A stretch of 64,000 nucleotides of DNA from Eledone cirrhosa (GCA_964016885.1 OZ024746.1:7812001-7876000), one strand, 5' to 3'; shown: positions 39,827 to 54,351, counted from the first letter of the stretch. Numbers and translations are program-made. The notes: generated by a model not told the origin, from the sequence alone.

Positions 39827-40843
39827 ATTAAATTATGATGGAATGTCTTTAGATATATATACTGTATATACTCAAATATAAGCTAACTCCTTCCCCTATT
39901 TTATGTCTGAGAAATAGGTGAAAATCCAGACCTCATTTATGAAGCAAGGCAGCTAATTAACACATTGTTTAGATGGCATATATAAGCCAACCTTCCCCCA
40001 TTTTACCATCGATTTTTTTTTTTTTTTGGTCACATATTCCTCAGCTTATATTCAGGTATATATGGTAAACATTCCTAAAATATACAATTTTGTATTGTAA
40101 AACCAGCGGGGTTGGTTTTAGGTGATTTGGTATCAACAGGATTAACTATCTCAATCTGTTACATTGGCTAGAAGGGTATCAGTTATCTATTATATAATCT
40201 ATAAATTATTAAGTCTAACTGCTTAATCATTGTTTCATTAGCCGACTGGTGTATTGCATTTAAAATTAGTATTGCACACCAACAAAATCTTGATTGATTT
40301 AGCAGCACAGTTGTTGCTTATAGTGATGAACATTTCAATTATATGGTACCTATTTACAGCTAGTTAGACTGGGCATTAGAGAATTAAGTATTTTTACTAG
40401 AGACAAAGTATAGTGTTGACAAAGAGATATATACCATTGGATTTTTGTTTGTAGCTATGACAGTGTATGAAGATTAATCAGAGAAGGCTGCTCTATTTAT
40501 GAATGTAAACTACCTTCAACCTTTATAGACGAATCATAAATATTCATAATTTAAACCAGAGTTGTTTGGGGTTTAATGTTTGTACTTTTTCAAATTTAGG
40601 TCAACACAACAGAATATACAGATTGAATTTCTCTTCTAACATTTGTGAAAATCTAATTATAATCAATTAATTAATTAATTGATTAATTAAAGGTTGCAAG
40701 AAAGAAAGGAAATGATATAAACTTTCCAGACTTTTCTAAATGAAGTCCCTTAAAGAGAATGAGGTGACATAAGTGCTGTATAGTTGAGTATAATGGGTTA
40801 ATTTTCTTTTTCTCATTCGGAATGGTTTCAAGTTACCATAGCA

Positions 40844-41105
40844 TACGAAAATCAGCTGCTAAGTTCATAGGCTGACTATGAAGGAGTGATGCTAGAGCTG
40901 CGAAATCTTGCATACATTAATTTCAACTCTTCTTATTAATAATTGCATTGTTTTTTCCAGGGACTATGTTGAAATATAAACCTCATTTGGTCATTCCATG
41001 AGAGTGTCTTGGTCAGCAATTATTAAGAAGAGTTGAAATTAATGCTTGCAAGATTTCATAGCCCTAGCATCACTCTTGCATATTCCGTCTATGAACTTTT
41101 CAGCC
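40844..41105. mobile_element. Rearranged (palindromised) mariner-type MITE
   Basis: Reverse copy of the 49176 element whose far end is replaced by an inverted copy of its own first ~100 bp. Confidence 0.7.
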
Positions 41106-41436
41106 TTCCTTTTGTAGTTCAGTAAGGGATTTGCAGAATTGTTAAGTATGTCAGACAGAATACTTTGTGGTGTTTAGTTATGACTCTTTATGTTCTGAGT
41201 TCAAATCCCATTGAAGACTACTTTGCCTTTCATCCTTATGGAGTCAATAAAATAAAGTACCAGTAATGTACTGGGGTTGATTTAATCAACTCTGCCTCCC
41301 CATCAAATTTGCCCGCCTTGTGCCTAAATCAGAAATAATTACATCCCATGCTAGCGTGGAAAAATGGACGTTCAACGATGATGATGATAGTTATATATAG
41401 TTCAGTAGATTGAAAAAATAATTATGAAAAAATAAT

Positions 41437-41627
41437 TGTTTCTACTTTTGGCACAAGGCCAGCAATTTCCCCAGTGTATTACTGGTACTTTATTTTATCG
41501 ATCCCTGTAAGGATGAAAGGCAAAGTTAACCTCAACGGAATTTGAACTCAGAAAGTAAAGGGCCGTAACTCTATGCTGCAAAGCATGGCGTCCAACCCTC
41601 TACCGATACTGCCAATCCACTGCTATC
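41437..41627 (-). mobile_element. Full-length SINE A with 16-bp TSD
   Basis: ATTATGAAAAAATAAT at 41421-41436 and 41628-41643. Confidence 0.85.
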
Positions 41628-42414
41628 ATTATGAAAAAATAATGGGATAAATTTAGAAGCGTATACGTCATAACGCATAATGGGATCTGCTGATAATTAA
41701 TTTTAATATCAGATTAACTTAATGTCTATAAAGTAATTTAATAATCAGTGGTTCTCCAACATATTTTTAAAAATATGACAGGCTAGCAAAAGATATAACT
41801 TTGACTTCTAATTCAATACAACATTAATTTCTGGAAATCTACTAACCATTTCAGTAAAAAAGGTGAGCAGAGGAAGGGCGGCAGAATTGCGCAGTAAATC
41901 AAATATTTTTAGAATATTTCTAAACCTTTACCAATGATTCATTTAATAGAATTCTGCTTGAGAGAATCTGTTGATAATTGTGTAGCAGATTGACGTAGTT
42001 GAATACAATGTTTACTTTAGAAAACCAGAACTAATTTGCTTGAAATGATTCATTTTAATTAAAATTGGGAGCAGGATTTATTTCCTGACTTTGTCTTGCA
42101 AAAATCAAAAGTTCTCTAAGAAGTAAAGATTTAAGAGTCAGTAATCTTTTTAATAGAATCTTCTTTCATTTTGTTATTGTCAATCTTAGCAGTGCTTATT
42201 GCATGACATTTCAGTTCTTTGTGTGAATACGGTAAAAATACATTAACAGAATTGCTTTTTTTTTTCTCTATTTGTGAGAATTTGATGAACAGAAAATCAT
42301 CTGAAAGAAACAAAGTAGAAAAATAGAAATAAAAACAGAAAAATATTATAAAATAAATAAATAAATAAACATATTGAAAGCAGGTTATATTCTCATGTTG
42401 TGGTTCTATTTTAG

Positions 42415-42650
42415 GAGGCCGGTTATCTAGAATGTCTCGGGAAAGAATTGTTGGACAGATTTTACTGGTAAAACCAGCTGGCAAGAGACCCAAGGGTAGA
42501 CCCTGAGCAAAATGGTTGGATAACATCCATGAGCTTGACTGGTCTCACTGGATCAGTTGGAGTTGGTTGCTTATGACAGGACCTGCTGGAAGGAGTGTTT
42601 GAAGACTCTGCCCCTACGACCCTTTCAGGAATAAGTGGGAGAAGAAGAAC
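42415..42650 (+). pseudogene. RTE-clade 3'-end fragment
   Basis: SRMSRERIVGQILLVKPAGKRPKGRP*AKWLDNI. Confidence 0.7.
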
Positions 42651-42889
42651 ATTATTTATGTGTGTGTATATATCTATATATCGACAGTCGATTGACTTTC
42701 GCCAAATGGGACTGAGGAAACAATGTTTCCGTTCGTCTTTCCAATTTCTAATACTATCTATTGGTCGCAACTCCAGGTAGAAGGAACAACGTGAAATAAA
42801 GTGTCTTGCTCAAGGACATAACGCATCGCCCGGTCCAGGAATCAAACTCACAACCTCATGATTGAGAGTCCAATTCTCTTACCACTCAG

Positions 42890-42930
<41 letters not shown>

Positions 42931-44769
42931 CTTGCCAAACAAAGGGTCAGGAGGACCCTTCAGTTGTGTTAAGGACATAACAACTTCCCTTTTGCTGGTG
43001 ATCTACACAATAAAAGCACCCAGTACACTGTAAAGTTGTTGGTATTAAGAAGGCCAGTCAACCGTAGAAATCTTGCCAAACAAGAGATTACTAGGACCCT
43101 TCAGTTTGTGTCAAAAGACACAACAACTTCTCTGCACTTGATATGAGTATACATAAACAGAATACAGACCTCTCTGTCTGGGAGGTCAGTAGGCCTGTTT
43201 CAGTACTGACTTGGTCCATGTAGACCTGTCCAACTCTTGCGAGCAGGGAAAGTGGTCGGTAAATGATGATGATTCACATACCAGACACAATATAAGGCAA
43301 CGTCATTATTCTCACCAATGTTTTCAAGAGCAAGTGACCACTAGTGCGTGACACAGGAGAGCATATTTCCAGTGGATCTTCCTTTATAGAAACTGTATTG
43401 GTAATCATTAACTCTTACTGTCCTATACCACATGAAACTGCATTAGCTAGACATTCTTGGAAACGGCACTATGACTGCATCATATTGGTTTCTGATTTAG
43501 GTCAACAATTTTTGGGAAGGGTAAAGTTGTTTAAATTAACACCAGTACATTACTGGTGCTTTATTTTATAGATCCTATCAGGATGAAGGCATAGCTAACC
43601 TTGGCAGGATTTGAACTTGGAATGTAAAGGACTGTAACTCTATGCTGCAAAGTATATTGTCTGCTGCTCTGTCGATACTACCAATCCACCCCCGGAAGGA
43701 TTTAACAATGTTACTAGTTTTCTCATTATTAAACTGATATTTTAAACATAACTTGACAAAGGTTGTTACATAAAATTATTTTTCAATCTCTTTCGATAAA
43801 TATAGGCACTTTAAAAATTTACAGTTCTGTATCATAGAACCAGGGGCAGTTTCCTATAAAACATGGTTGATTATAAGTTTATTCACTCAAAATTGACTTA
43901 GAGGCTAAACAGCAACAAAAACAAAAACAAGAACAGCAGCAACAACAACAACAACAGCAGCACCACCACCAACAGCAAAAACAACAGCAATAACTGCACC
44001 ACCAACAACTACAATGACATTAACAACAACACCACCAACAACAATTACGACAACAGCAATAACTGCAACAACAATTACAACAACAACAGCAACATCTCTA
44101 ACATATCATTCACTAACCATACTATATCTACAACAAACCTATGCACTGCTACCAAGTTCTTCCATTTATTAGCTACACAGCTGCTGTTTTAAATAAACAA
44201 CTTTACAAAGATCAACAAGTTTAATCCCTCTTCAGTTTTTACATTAAATTCTTCTGAGATGTTTGAGCTGAATATTAACAAGCAATAACTAAATAGCTAA
44301 CTAACTACCTAACTAAATAAATCTCTGGGTTGCTTTGTAATCTAATACACTGTTATAGGTTTCCTGAAATATTATTAAACCTATATGTGTATGTAGAACA
44401 AGATGGGATTCTGTTGTGTTAAACTACAGAATATTTATTACATTGAGTTTTACTATGTAAGACATTAGTTAAATTGTTGCAGAGTTGCAGACTTGCAAAA
44501 GATAACAAGAATATATCTCCAATCCCTTGTAACTGAAGAATATCTAAATACACTGTATGATATTTGTTATCAGGGAGTGTGGATAAGTGATGATGATGGT
44601 GACGGTGGTTTTGGTGACGACGACGATGATAATGGTGATGACGCTGATGATAATGATGACGGTGATGATGATGATATAAATCTGAGCTCAACAAACAATA
44701 TCTAACTGATTAGGCACCTATAATTAAATAAATAAATACAGTATTTTGGCAATGATACTTAACTCAGAA

Positions 44770-45025
44770 TTAACTCGTTCGTTACCATATTTCCAATGAA
44801 AGATACTGCCAATGATTTTCAAATAATTTTGAAAATAATCAAGAATTTGGAAGGAATTTAGTAATAGAACTAACTTTCTCATTAAGTTGGTGTTTGGAAC
44901 ATAACAAATGTTCTTACATAAAATTATGATGGAGGTTTATAGATAAATATAAACATTTTAAAATATACAGCATTGTATCCTAGAACCAAAGGTAGTTTTA
45001 GGAAGTTTGATATCAAAAGGGTTAA
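44770..45025. mobile_element. piggyBac-like MITE (second family)
   Basis: TTAA...AAAGGG|TTAA ends. Related pieces near 34525, 36150, 39515, 43700 and 45480. Confidence 0.55.
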
Positions 45026-45094
45026 ATATGTTACATTTTCTAGAGGATAAATTTCTAACCAACTTACTCTGAAAGAAGATCTGCATGATAATAA

Positions 45095-45370
45095 TAGTTT
45101 CTCATTTTAGGCACAAGGCCAGAAATTGTGGGGAAGGGGAAAGATGATTAAATCGACCCCCAGTGCGTGACTGGTACTTTATTTTATCGACCCCGTAATA
45201 ATTGTTTCTACTTTTGGTACAAGGCCAGCAATTACCCAGTACATTACTGGTACTTTATTTTATCGACCCCGTAATAATGAAAGGCAAAGCTAACCTCAGC
45301 GAGATTTTGAAGTCAGAACATAAAGGGGCGTAACTCTTTGCCGCGAAGTAGGGTGTCCGATGCTCTACAT
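45095..45370 (-). mobile_element. SINE A with a second, nested or duplicated 3' end
   Basis: TTTTATCGACCCCGTAATA occurs twice, each preceded by a family A 3' end. Confidence 0.7.
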
Positions 45371-46339
45371 TGATAGTAATAGTTAGATAACTTGTCCAAA
45401 AAAAGATCTTGACTCAAGTGTAAATGTTTGTAGGAACCACTTTTGAGAGATCCATCTCGGGCCAAACCTAGAAATATCATTAGTTGGAAACAACTTAACA
45501 AAGGTGTTCTTGCATAAAATTATGACAGGAAGTTTTTAAACAAATATAAACACTTAACAATACTGTAGTGAAGAACCAAGGGCAGTTACAGGCAATTTTG
45601 ATACCAAAGGGTTTAAATAAGGCCAAAATGTGAATACTTGTATTATGCCACAAGCCCATAGGAAACCTTGAAGTCAGTACTGCAAGATTATACAAAACAT
45701 ACAATAAAGAGACACCCATCTGTGAAGTTTTGGCAGCTGGAGTTAGGTGGGGTTGATTCATTGTTCTCTGTTGTGTAATGTTAGTGAAAAACTAGCTATA
45801 TACCATTAACTTTACAGCTGTCGATCTTGAACTCTGTCAACTCTTCCTTCAGTGATAAGAATTAATCATTTCTAATCTAGGCACAAAGCTAATAATTTTA
45901 AGAGGATGGTGAAAGTCGATTAAATTGACTCTGGTATTTGACTGGTATATTATTTTATCAACTCTCGAAGGACAAAAGACAACATTTACCTTGGTAGGAT
46001 TTGAACTCAGAACATAAAGGGTTGTAACTAAATGTAGTAAAGCATTTTGTCTGATCCTCTACTGATGCTGCCAATCCATCACATTGACCATGTCACTATA
46101 TAATAACTAATGATTTCTACATCTATCTTTGTACATAACTTCCTTCATGACTCTAACATACATACAAGGAGTGCTTCTCACCTTTCTTTATGTTTCTGTT
46201 TTTCCCAAACTGATAAAATCATTTCTAATTGAGAATATTTATCAATCATTTTCGATGTACAATGGATTCATTTTCTGACAAATGGGTTAAAATTCTTGTG
46301 ACATGAATTTCTCTACAATTGTAACAGTTACAGAAACAC

Positions 46340-46371
<32 letters not shown>

Positions 46372-47331
46372 ATTGTATGTACATACATGATGGCTGCAAC
46401 TCGATCTCGAGTAATGCTATTACTTGTCACCTAAGCATGAGCAGTGATGATGATGATGATGGTGGTGATTCAGTACTTAATATGTTTTTATGTCTTAATG
46501 TCAATGTTAGACAATGGAAGGGTGGTGGCATTATTTGGTTTTACTCTGGTTCTGTATTTTCTAACCTACCTCTTTAATCTCTCTATATACACCCAAGAAG
46601 TTAGAGATAAGGGAAATGAAAAACAAATGAAAAGCCAGCAGATCACATGTTTTACCTATAATTATGTCCACCTTAAAAGGCATGTGTTTCCTACCTTTTG
46701 AATTTAAAATGTTGTTAGCATAATAACAGAAAACAATATCCTTTGTTCTACATTAAAAATCGGTTTCCTATAATGGAAAATAATCTGTCTGAAAGGTCGT
46801 GAGCTTGTTAGTCTCGTTAATAGGATGAGAAAAGTATGTCTATAGCTTGTGAATGTATAAATATCTGAAGCAATTTGTGTTGTACTTAGTACAATAAATA
46901 CATTCAATCACGTACATAAATTCATTTATAGATGGGAGTGATTGAGAAATTCACAGGCTATGTTTTGGCTTAAAATTAAAACACGTGAGATATAAATCTT
47001 TTTTTTTTCTCTCTGGATATCCTGCTAGGTAACTTGTGGTAAACATCCCATATTTTCTTGGGCTGTATTTCAGATCCATGTTTTTGGCTTGTCTAATTCA
47101 CGTAGGGATAAAAAGATCAGTTTATTATGATTTTATTCAACATATTCCCCTCTCAGATTCACACACTTATTACAACGGTCCTACCTCCCCTATAAAGGTA
47201 ACAGCTCTACCCTTTCATGATACCCATAAAGACAGGTACCCTAGTATATAAATGTTAATGTATGTGTGCCCTCTGAGTGATGGGTTCCTATTTCTAACGT
47301 ACAAACCTTATATCATTGAGTGAGTAAGAGA

Positions 47332-47366
<35 letters not shown>

Positions 47367-47422
47367 TAACTAACTATCTACCTACACCTGACTTCTGTTT
47401 TTATTGTTCTATGCACAAACAC

Positions 47423-47465
<43 letters not shown>

Positions 47466-47492
47466 TAGTAACACAACAGTTAGTTCACCATA

Positions 47493-47532
47493 CCGAGAAC
47501 AATTGTTTCACCTTAGCGGATCTTCAGCTCGG
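47493..47532 (-). ncRNA. Minimal type-I hammerhead ribozyme
   Basis: CCGAG-CTGAAGA-T-CC(GCTAA)GG-T-GAAAC-AATT-GTT-CTCGG, then a 30-nt tail with GTGTTAC running into (TA)n. Confidence 0.75.
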
Positions 47533-49175
47533 ACTGGTAATGGTTACTACTTCTACCAAACTCGTCCCATGGACTGAGTGCTCTACCGCTACAGATATTA
47601 CCTTCCAGTGTACTACCTCTCTCTCTCTCTCGCTCTTGCTCTAGTCCTACCAATGCTAGCATGGAAGATGGACGGTAAACGATGATGAAGATAGATAGAT
47701 AGATAGATATAAACGAAGGTATAAGCCCAAACCCCATTAATGATCCACTGATCATGCATCAAGTATTTCTCTGATTTGTGGTTATTGGTTTCCTGTAAAC
47801 ATCAGTATCTGAAGACTGCCACCCTACTCCTTCCTACCCCAAAATATCATCCACCTCGTGGTCCCAGCTGACTGGATGGAGAAGACATTACCCTAGAGGA
47901 CAGTGAGGGAGACGCACTGGAATAGTTGCTCCTTCTCGCAGGGCTTGCTCCTTCGGACAGCCAACTCTGCTCTGGCAGCAGTGGGGGGGACAAGAACGCT
48001 GGAAGTCTCCATTGCTTCTGTGTAGATAGGCATTCTACAATTGTTTAACAGCAACACTAAAAATATGAAAAAATTATAAATGAAGTGTGTAGATATTTGT
48101 TCTACTACTGTTTAACTTACCAACACATCACACATTGATTCAACATTTTATGCTAAGAAATAACTTCAAGAATACGATTATATTACAAATTAATGGCTAA
48201 TATTTCAATATAAACTTACAGTATCCATGGAAACTCCATGTTTTATAAATGTTCTTGCTTCTATTTTCGTACATAAATTGATAGATCACCATAATATTGT
48301 ATCATTATATTAAATATTTTTATTGTCTTTGATTTTATTCCATAGTCAAGCTTGTCGAAAGCATATTGTGACAAGCAGAATAAAACTATGCACAATATAA
48401 AACAAAAGTAAATTAAAAAGTAAAAGGTCCTTAATTCCTGGTGGTGGTGTTGGATGTTATCTAGACACAGGGAATGTCTTGGGCATCTTAAACCTGGCTG
48501 ATCCCTTTCCAGAACAACACAACCAATGTCTTCCAGTGATACATTGTATTTAAAATTGAGTGACACAACTAAGTGATTAGCAATTTTTAGACATCTTAAT
48601 CAATGAAACAATTGTTAAAACTGTAAATAAAACCTTTTTTGTACTGTTGACCATGTTCTTCACTTTTTCACTATCATTACTACACGATTAACCAGCATAG
48701 TCAGAACGTAAAGGGCCGTAACTCTATGTTGCAAAGCATGGTATCTGATGACAGCAATAGCATTGGAAATATTTAATTTTTAGAGTCCAGGATTGGTGTA
48801 CCAAATATACAAGAGTTATTTGATATATAGACAAACGTTGATTACTACACATTGAAGCGATTAAAGTTAAAAATAATAGTTTGATCATTTATTTTGACGA
48901 TATAATTAAATTAAGGTCCAGTATATATGTACAAAAGACATAGAGGATTAACTGTATGAGTAACTTTGGAGAAATAACTATTTATTGGGACAAGGGTAGG
49001 GCTAGAACCAAGGAGCTTGTGGTTGGAAAGGAAACTGCTTATTGTAGCAACATGGAAATACACAGTTTGTATGTATGTATGTATATGTTTGTCTGTGTAA
49101 ATTTTAAAGAATTAAAGACATAAATATATATATCAATAAATATACAAATCAATAAATATACAAACACAAATCGCA

Positions 49176-49377
49176 TACGAAGGTTGGCTGAAACCTTCAC
49201 AGGCTGACTAAGATACTCTCATGGAATGACCAAAAGAGATTTATTTTTCAATGCAGTCCCTGGAAAGAAACAATGCAGTAATTAATAAGAAGAGTTGAAA
49301 TTAATGCATTCAAGATTTCACAGCTCTAGCATCACTCCTTCATAGTCAGCCTATGAACTTTTCAGCTGACCCTCGTA
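49176..49377. mobile_element. Tc1/mariner-type MITE
   Basis: TA|CGAAGGTTGGCTGAAA...TTTCAGCTGACCCTCG|TA with ~30-bp TIRs. Confidence 0.8.
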
Positions 49378-49494
49378 TATGTGTTTGTATATATATATAT
49401 ATATACACATATCACTATCCTGATGTCTTCCAAAAGTAACGGTTGCATTTTGAAAGGGTATGTCAATATTTATTTATAAAACTGGTATATATTG

Positions 49495-49559
49495 TATTTT
49501 GTCTGATGAAAGCACACCATAATTTAACATGGTATCCTTGAAATATGTATAATAAAATA
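49495..49559 (+). ncRNA. Hammerhead ribozyme, diverged relative of 11630-11695
   Basis: TATTTTGT-CTGATGA-AAG...CTT-GAAA-TATGTA-TA-ATAAAATA. Flanks 49445-49600 align with 11570-11738. Confidence 0.65.
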
Positions 49560-50363
49560 GATATGGTTTTATAAATATAGTTTCCATTTGTTAATATCGT
49601 ATATATATGCTTATATACATTTTTTCTTCTAACTTAGATTTTATACCTAATTGTGTATGGTTGACGATATATTTAATCGATTTCCACGTGCTATTAGAAA
49701 TGCTGGGTAAATATTCTATAGCTGTTGATCGCGGATAGATAGCTGTCGTTTATTTATCTATTATTTCTTCAGAGGTGCCTTTTAATCTTATAGCCTTGTT
49801 TAATTGGTTTTTTGTGTGGTTGATTATGCTGATTGGGAGAGGAAATAATGTATATATTTTATCAAATGATTCTATGAACATACTTTATTGTATATGTATA
49901 TATATATATATACATATAAATATAAATTCAGCGAGATTCGTATTTCGGCGGGCTGAAAATAAGCCAAACGCAATATCCGAGTTATGCTGGCAAGCACTCC
50001 ATGGACCAAAAGAGACCAGACCAATAAACATAGGTTATAAGGGCCAAACAAACTGAGATGGCGGTTAAGAAGCTATCAACCACCTAAACCAAAAAGACGA
50101 GGCAAGCTAAACGGGTCAAACAAAATAAATGAAATATTCACCCGGGCCCCTGGAAATGATGGTATAATTCAGTACAGGATTTCTGTGACGCCTAAATCAA
50201 TTATACTGTCTGCTTAAAATAATAAGCTTTTGGTATAATGATCGAACAAGGCTGTCACTTTGTCAACAGGTATTTTGTCCTGCGCCAGCATTCAGAATCA
50301 CACAGTGTTATGTAGTAGTAAAAGCACGTATGTAACTTGTATATATATATATATATATATATA

Positions 50364-50556
50364 TATGAGGTTCAGCTGAAAAGTTCATAGGCTGACTAAG
50401 ATACTCTCATGGAATGACCAAATGAGGTTTATTTTTCAACATAGTCCCTGGAAAGAAACAATGCAAAGAAGAGTTGAAATTAATGCATGCAAGATTTCAC
50501 AGCTCTAGCATCATTCCTTCATAGTCATCCTAAGAACTTCTCAGTCTACCCTTGTA
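50364..50556. mobile_element. Tc1/mariner-type MITE (copy of 49176-49377)
   Basis: Same TIRs and internal sequence, TA-flanked. Confidence 0.75.
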
Positions 50557-50751
50557 TTATTACAGTTGATAAGCTAACTATTCACCCCCAAACTACAAGT
50601 GTGACATCGCGAAATAAACGTTGGACTCACATGTTGGCAAATTTAACTACTTAACCATACAGCCATGTCTGTGTCTATATTAAATATACACACACACACA
50701 TCATATCTAAATAATCACATACATACGCACGCACATATATATATATTTATG

Positions 50752-50790
<39 letters not shown>

Positions 50791-52642
50791 TGACAGTCTG
50801 GGGAGACCACAAATCATGGAAGTACTTAATGCACGGGGAGATGTAGATGGTGCTGTGGTCGGGTTCATCTCTCTCTCTCTCCCTCTCTCTCTATATATAT
50901 ATGCATACATACATACATACATACATAAATACATAAATAAATAAATAAATAAATATTTCTTAATTAGAATGACAAAAGAGGAAATAGGAACCCAATCTTG
51001 TTTATATTAGGGGCTATTCATGATCTAAGCAGTGAGATATATGGTGACTATGAAAATGGTGTGCAGAATACTAAAGTAAACTTGCTGTAAAAATATATAC
51101 CATATGTTTCTAGTAGTGCAGAAATCCTGAAGTAATAGAAATAATGTAGAAATATATTAATAGCCCCCCCCCCCCCCCCCCCCCCCCCCGTCTGGAAAGC
51201 TTGGATACTATAATTCACTACATATACTCTAAAAACAAACAGGTTATTGTTGCTGATGGTATTTATATTTTTTCTAGGCCATCTAAAACAATGTCAACCT
51301 ACCCTACATGTTATATGTTAGTAAACAATATATACAGGGTGCGGAGGATATCTGTTCGCAAGATCTTATAATGGCATATCTGGCCATTTTAAACCTGGCA
51401 GAGCTGCACCAGGCTGGAACACAGCTAATTTGTAAGAGAGAGAGAGAGAGATAAGGAGGGGGTGGGGTAGGGGCTTAGAATCTGTCCCAGTACTGAATTG
51501 GTACTATATTTATTGGCCTCAAAAGGGAATGAAAGACATAGCCAGATCTTACTGGGATTTGAACTCAGAGCACAGTGAACCAGAAAAAAATACAGAGACA
51601 TTTTTAATCCCATATGGTAAAAAACTTTGCCAGTTCACCACCCTAATAATGGGTTTTGAGTTAGGCACAAGGCCAGCAATTGTGGGGTAGAGGAAAGTTG
51701 ATTAAATTGACCCCAGCATGTTACTGGTATTTTATTTTATTGATCCTGCAAGAATGAAAGGCAAAGCTAACCTTGGTGGGATTTGAACCAAGAGGATAAA
51801 TGGCTGTAATTATATGCCATAAAGCATGTTGTCCCACCCTCTATTGATATTACAAATCCACTTCCTGCACCACCCTAATAACAGATGTATGATAACTGTG
51901 AATATAGATCCTAAACACTGTGGAGGTAGATATGACTGAAAGACATTCATTTCCCAATCATGTTATTCTGAGTCCAATCTCTTTGCATGTCACCATAGCC
52001 TCATGTTAACTAATACCTTATAAGTGTAATTTAGTACAGAGAAATTGTGGAAGCCTGTCATCTATATGAAACAAGCTTGTGGAGGGCAAAGAGGTGAAAT
52101 AACATTTAGGTCCCTGCCAACATGCATTCCACTACTACCTGATTCCAATTTCTCAGTCTTTCCTCCACCCCATGCTAATCCTCCGCTGTCCTCAAACTAA
52201 CCCCTTCCCATTCTTATCCTCAGTCTTCCTCCACACACACACACACACACTCTTCACCCCCCCCCCACTTTCTAATCAGACAAAATGGCGGCATTTCCAC
52301 AGAAAATATTATTGTTTTCTAATTGAGGCTCAAGGCCAGTATTTAAAGAGAGGGAAAAGTCAATTAAATAGACCCCCAAGAAACACTGTATGGCAATACT
52401 CTGTCCCAATGACTTCCTCAGGAGTTATGGGACCTTATCATCATATCAGATAGTCATTGACTCTTCTACGTTCTTCTGCTTACACTTCCACCTCAAATAC
52501 TGAAGTTGATATACATAAAACAACTTTATTCTCAGCAATTCTTGTGTCATCGTCTACCTTGGATCCCTAATTGCACATTTCATTTGCAGCATTAGAAGTA
52601 GCTATAGAAAAAAAGATAAATACAGTGCATTTTAGTAAAGTA

Positions 52643-53627
52643 CTAGCAGAATGGCCCGGCGTTGCTCGGGATTCTAAACATAGATTGGCATGTTTATCCC
52701 TCCTTTCTGAAACTGTTTCGTCATATGTTCACCAATTGATGCAGAAGTCCTAATAAAAAGGGAAGTCGCCTTGGGTGAATAGGCAAATAATTTTCCATTA
52801 AGATTTTTCAAAAGCATGTAATTGCGTTCCCTCTCTTTTTTGTTGTTGTTTTTGCTGCTGTTGGTGTGATAGCAGCCATTGGCCGTACTGCTAACACAGT
52901 CACGCCCTTCTTCAGCCAATCGTATATATCTCCTTCTGCCTCGTCAGCAGTGTGAACAATATTTGCTCTAGGGTTCTTATATATTTGATATATATTTATC
53001 CTTATCGAGCCTCATGAAATAAATACGTTTGTTTATATTTTGTTATTGTGTATGCAAGAATATCTGTACACGAATATATAATTATATATATATATATATA
53101 AATAACAGATTAAAGTTTAAGCGAAGAATCGCTGCTTTCACTCTTAACGGGATCTTCTGAAACTAAAAAAATCAATCTGTGAATGCAGAAGTAAATATTT
53201 CGAAAAACGTTATACACTATATATCATCATCATTATTTTACGTCTGCTTTTCCCTGCTTGCAAGGGTGGGACGGGAACTGATTCTGGCTTGATTTCTACA
53301 GCTGGATGCCCTTCCTAACACCAACCTCATTTACAGTGAGTGCTGGGCGCTTTTTTGCCGTGGCACCTCCACGACCACTTTGCAGTGGAATGATAGGGAA
53401 CCCAATCCCTATCATCTCATTTCTACAGCTGAGTAAACTGGAGCAATGTGAAATAAAGTGTCTTGCTCAAGGAAACAACACATCACCTGGTCTGAGAATT
53501 GAACTCACAACCTTTCGATTGCAAGGCCAATGCTCTAACCACTAAGCCATGTGCCTCTCTATATATATATATACTCTTTTACCTGTTTCAGCCATCCGGC
53601 TGAGGCCATGCTGGGGCACCGCCCTTG

Positions 53628-53722
<95 letters not shown>

Positions 53723-53994
53723 ACACACACACACACTATTTATACATATACACACACACAGATAGTGTCATAATGTCGTAATGCAGACAGCCAGACATAC
53801 AGACAGATATTATAAGGATGCGACGTTCGGCGCCTAATGCGGTCCCTAGGGCATTGAAAATTTGAAATTATTTTTGCTCAAAACACTCACAAGGCCATAA
53901 GTATCACATGTGTAAAGTTTGAAAAAACTAGGGTGGTTGACGAGTTTTAGGGAGTCAGACAAACAGACAGACATTCTCTGTTTAGATATATAGA
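52643..53994 (-). mobile_element. Non-autonomous Helitron, copy 1, with nested SINE
   Basis: Minus strand reads A|TC...CCCGAGC-AAC-GCCGGG hairpin...CTAG|T. Near-identical to 55612-56482. Confidence 0.8.
53223..53555 (-). mobile_element. CORE-like SINE B nested in the Helitron
   Basis: Reverse complement of 14967-15340 and absent from Helitron copy 2. Confidence 0.85.
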
Positions 53995-54351
53995 TAATGA
54001 ATGACCTCAGACAGAAAGCCTTCATCTTCTCTTCACATGTATTGAAGTCAGTTTTTACAGTCACTTATAGGAAAAACAGGATATGCTCAACACAATAACA
54101 AACACATTGCTTTATAAATTGAATGGAATATGTTTAAAACTGTTTTTTATACATTACTGATCATTTCCACTTTGTTATGGTCTCTAGTTTCATAATCAAT
54201 AGTTTGAGTTTAATCACATGTACCATGTTGTATTCAACACACCTATCAAATAGTACAGCCCACCTATGATAGTAGAAAAACACCTTCAGTTATGACTCAA
54301 TGACATGTTTTATACATACATGCGTGGTATATCTATCTAAACCCCCCCCCC

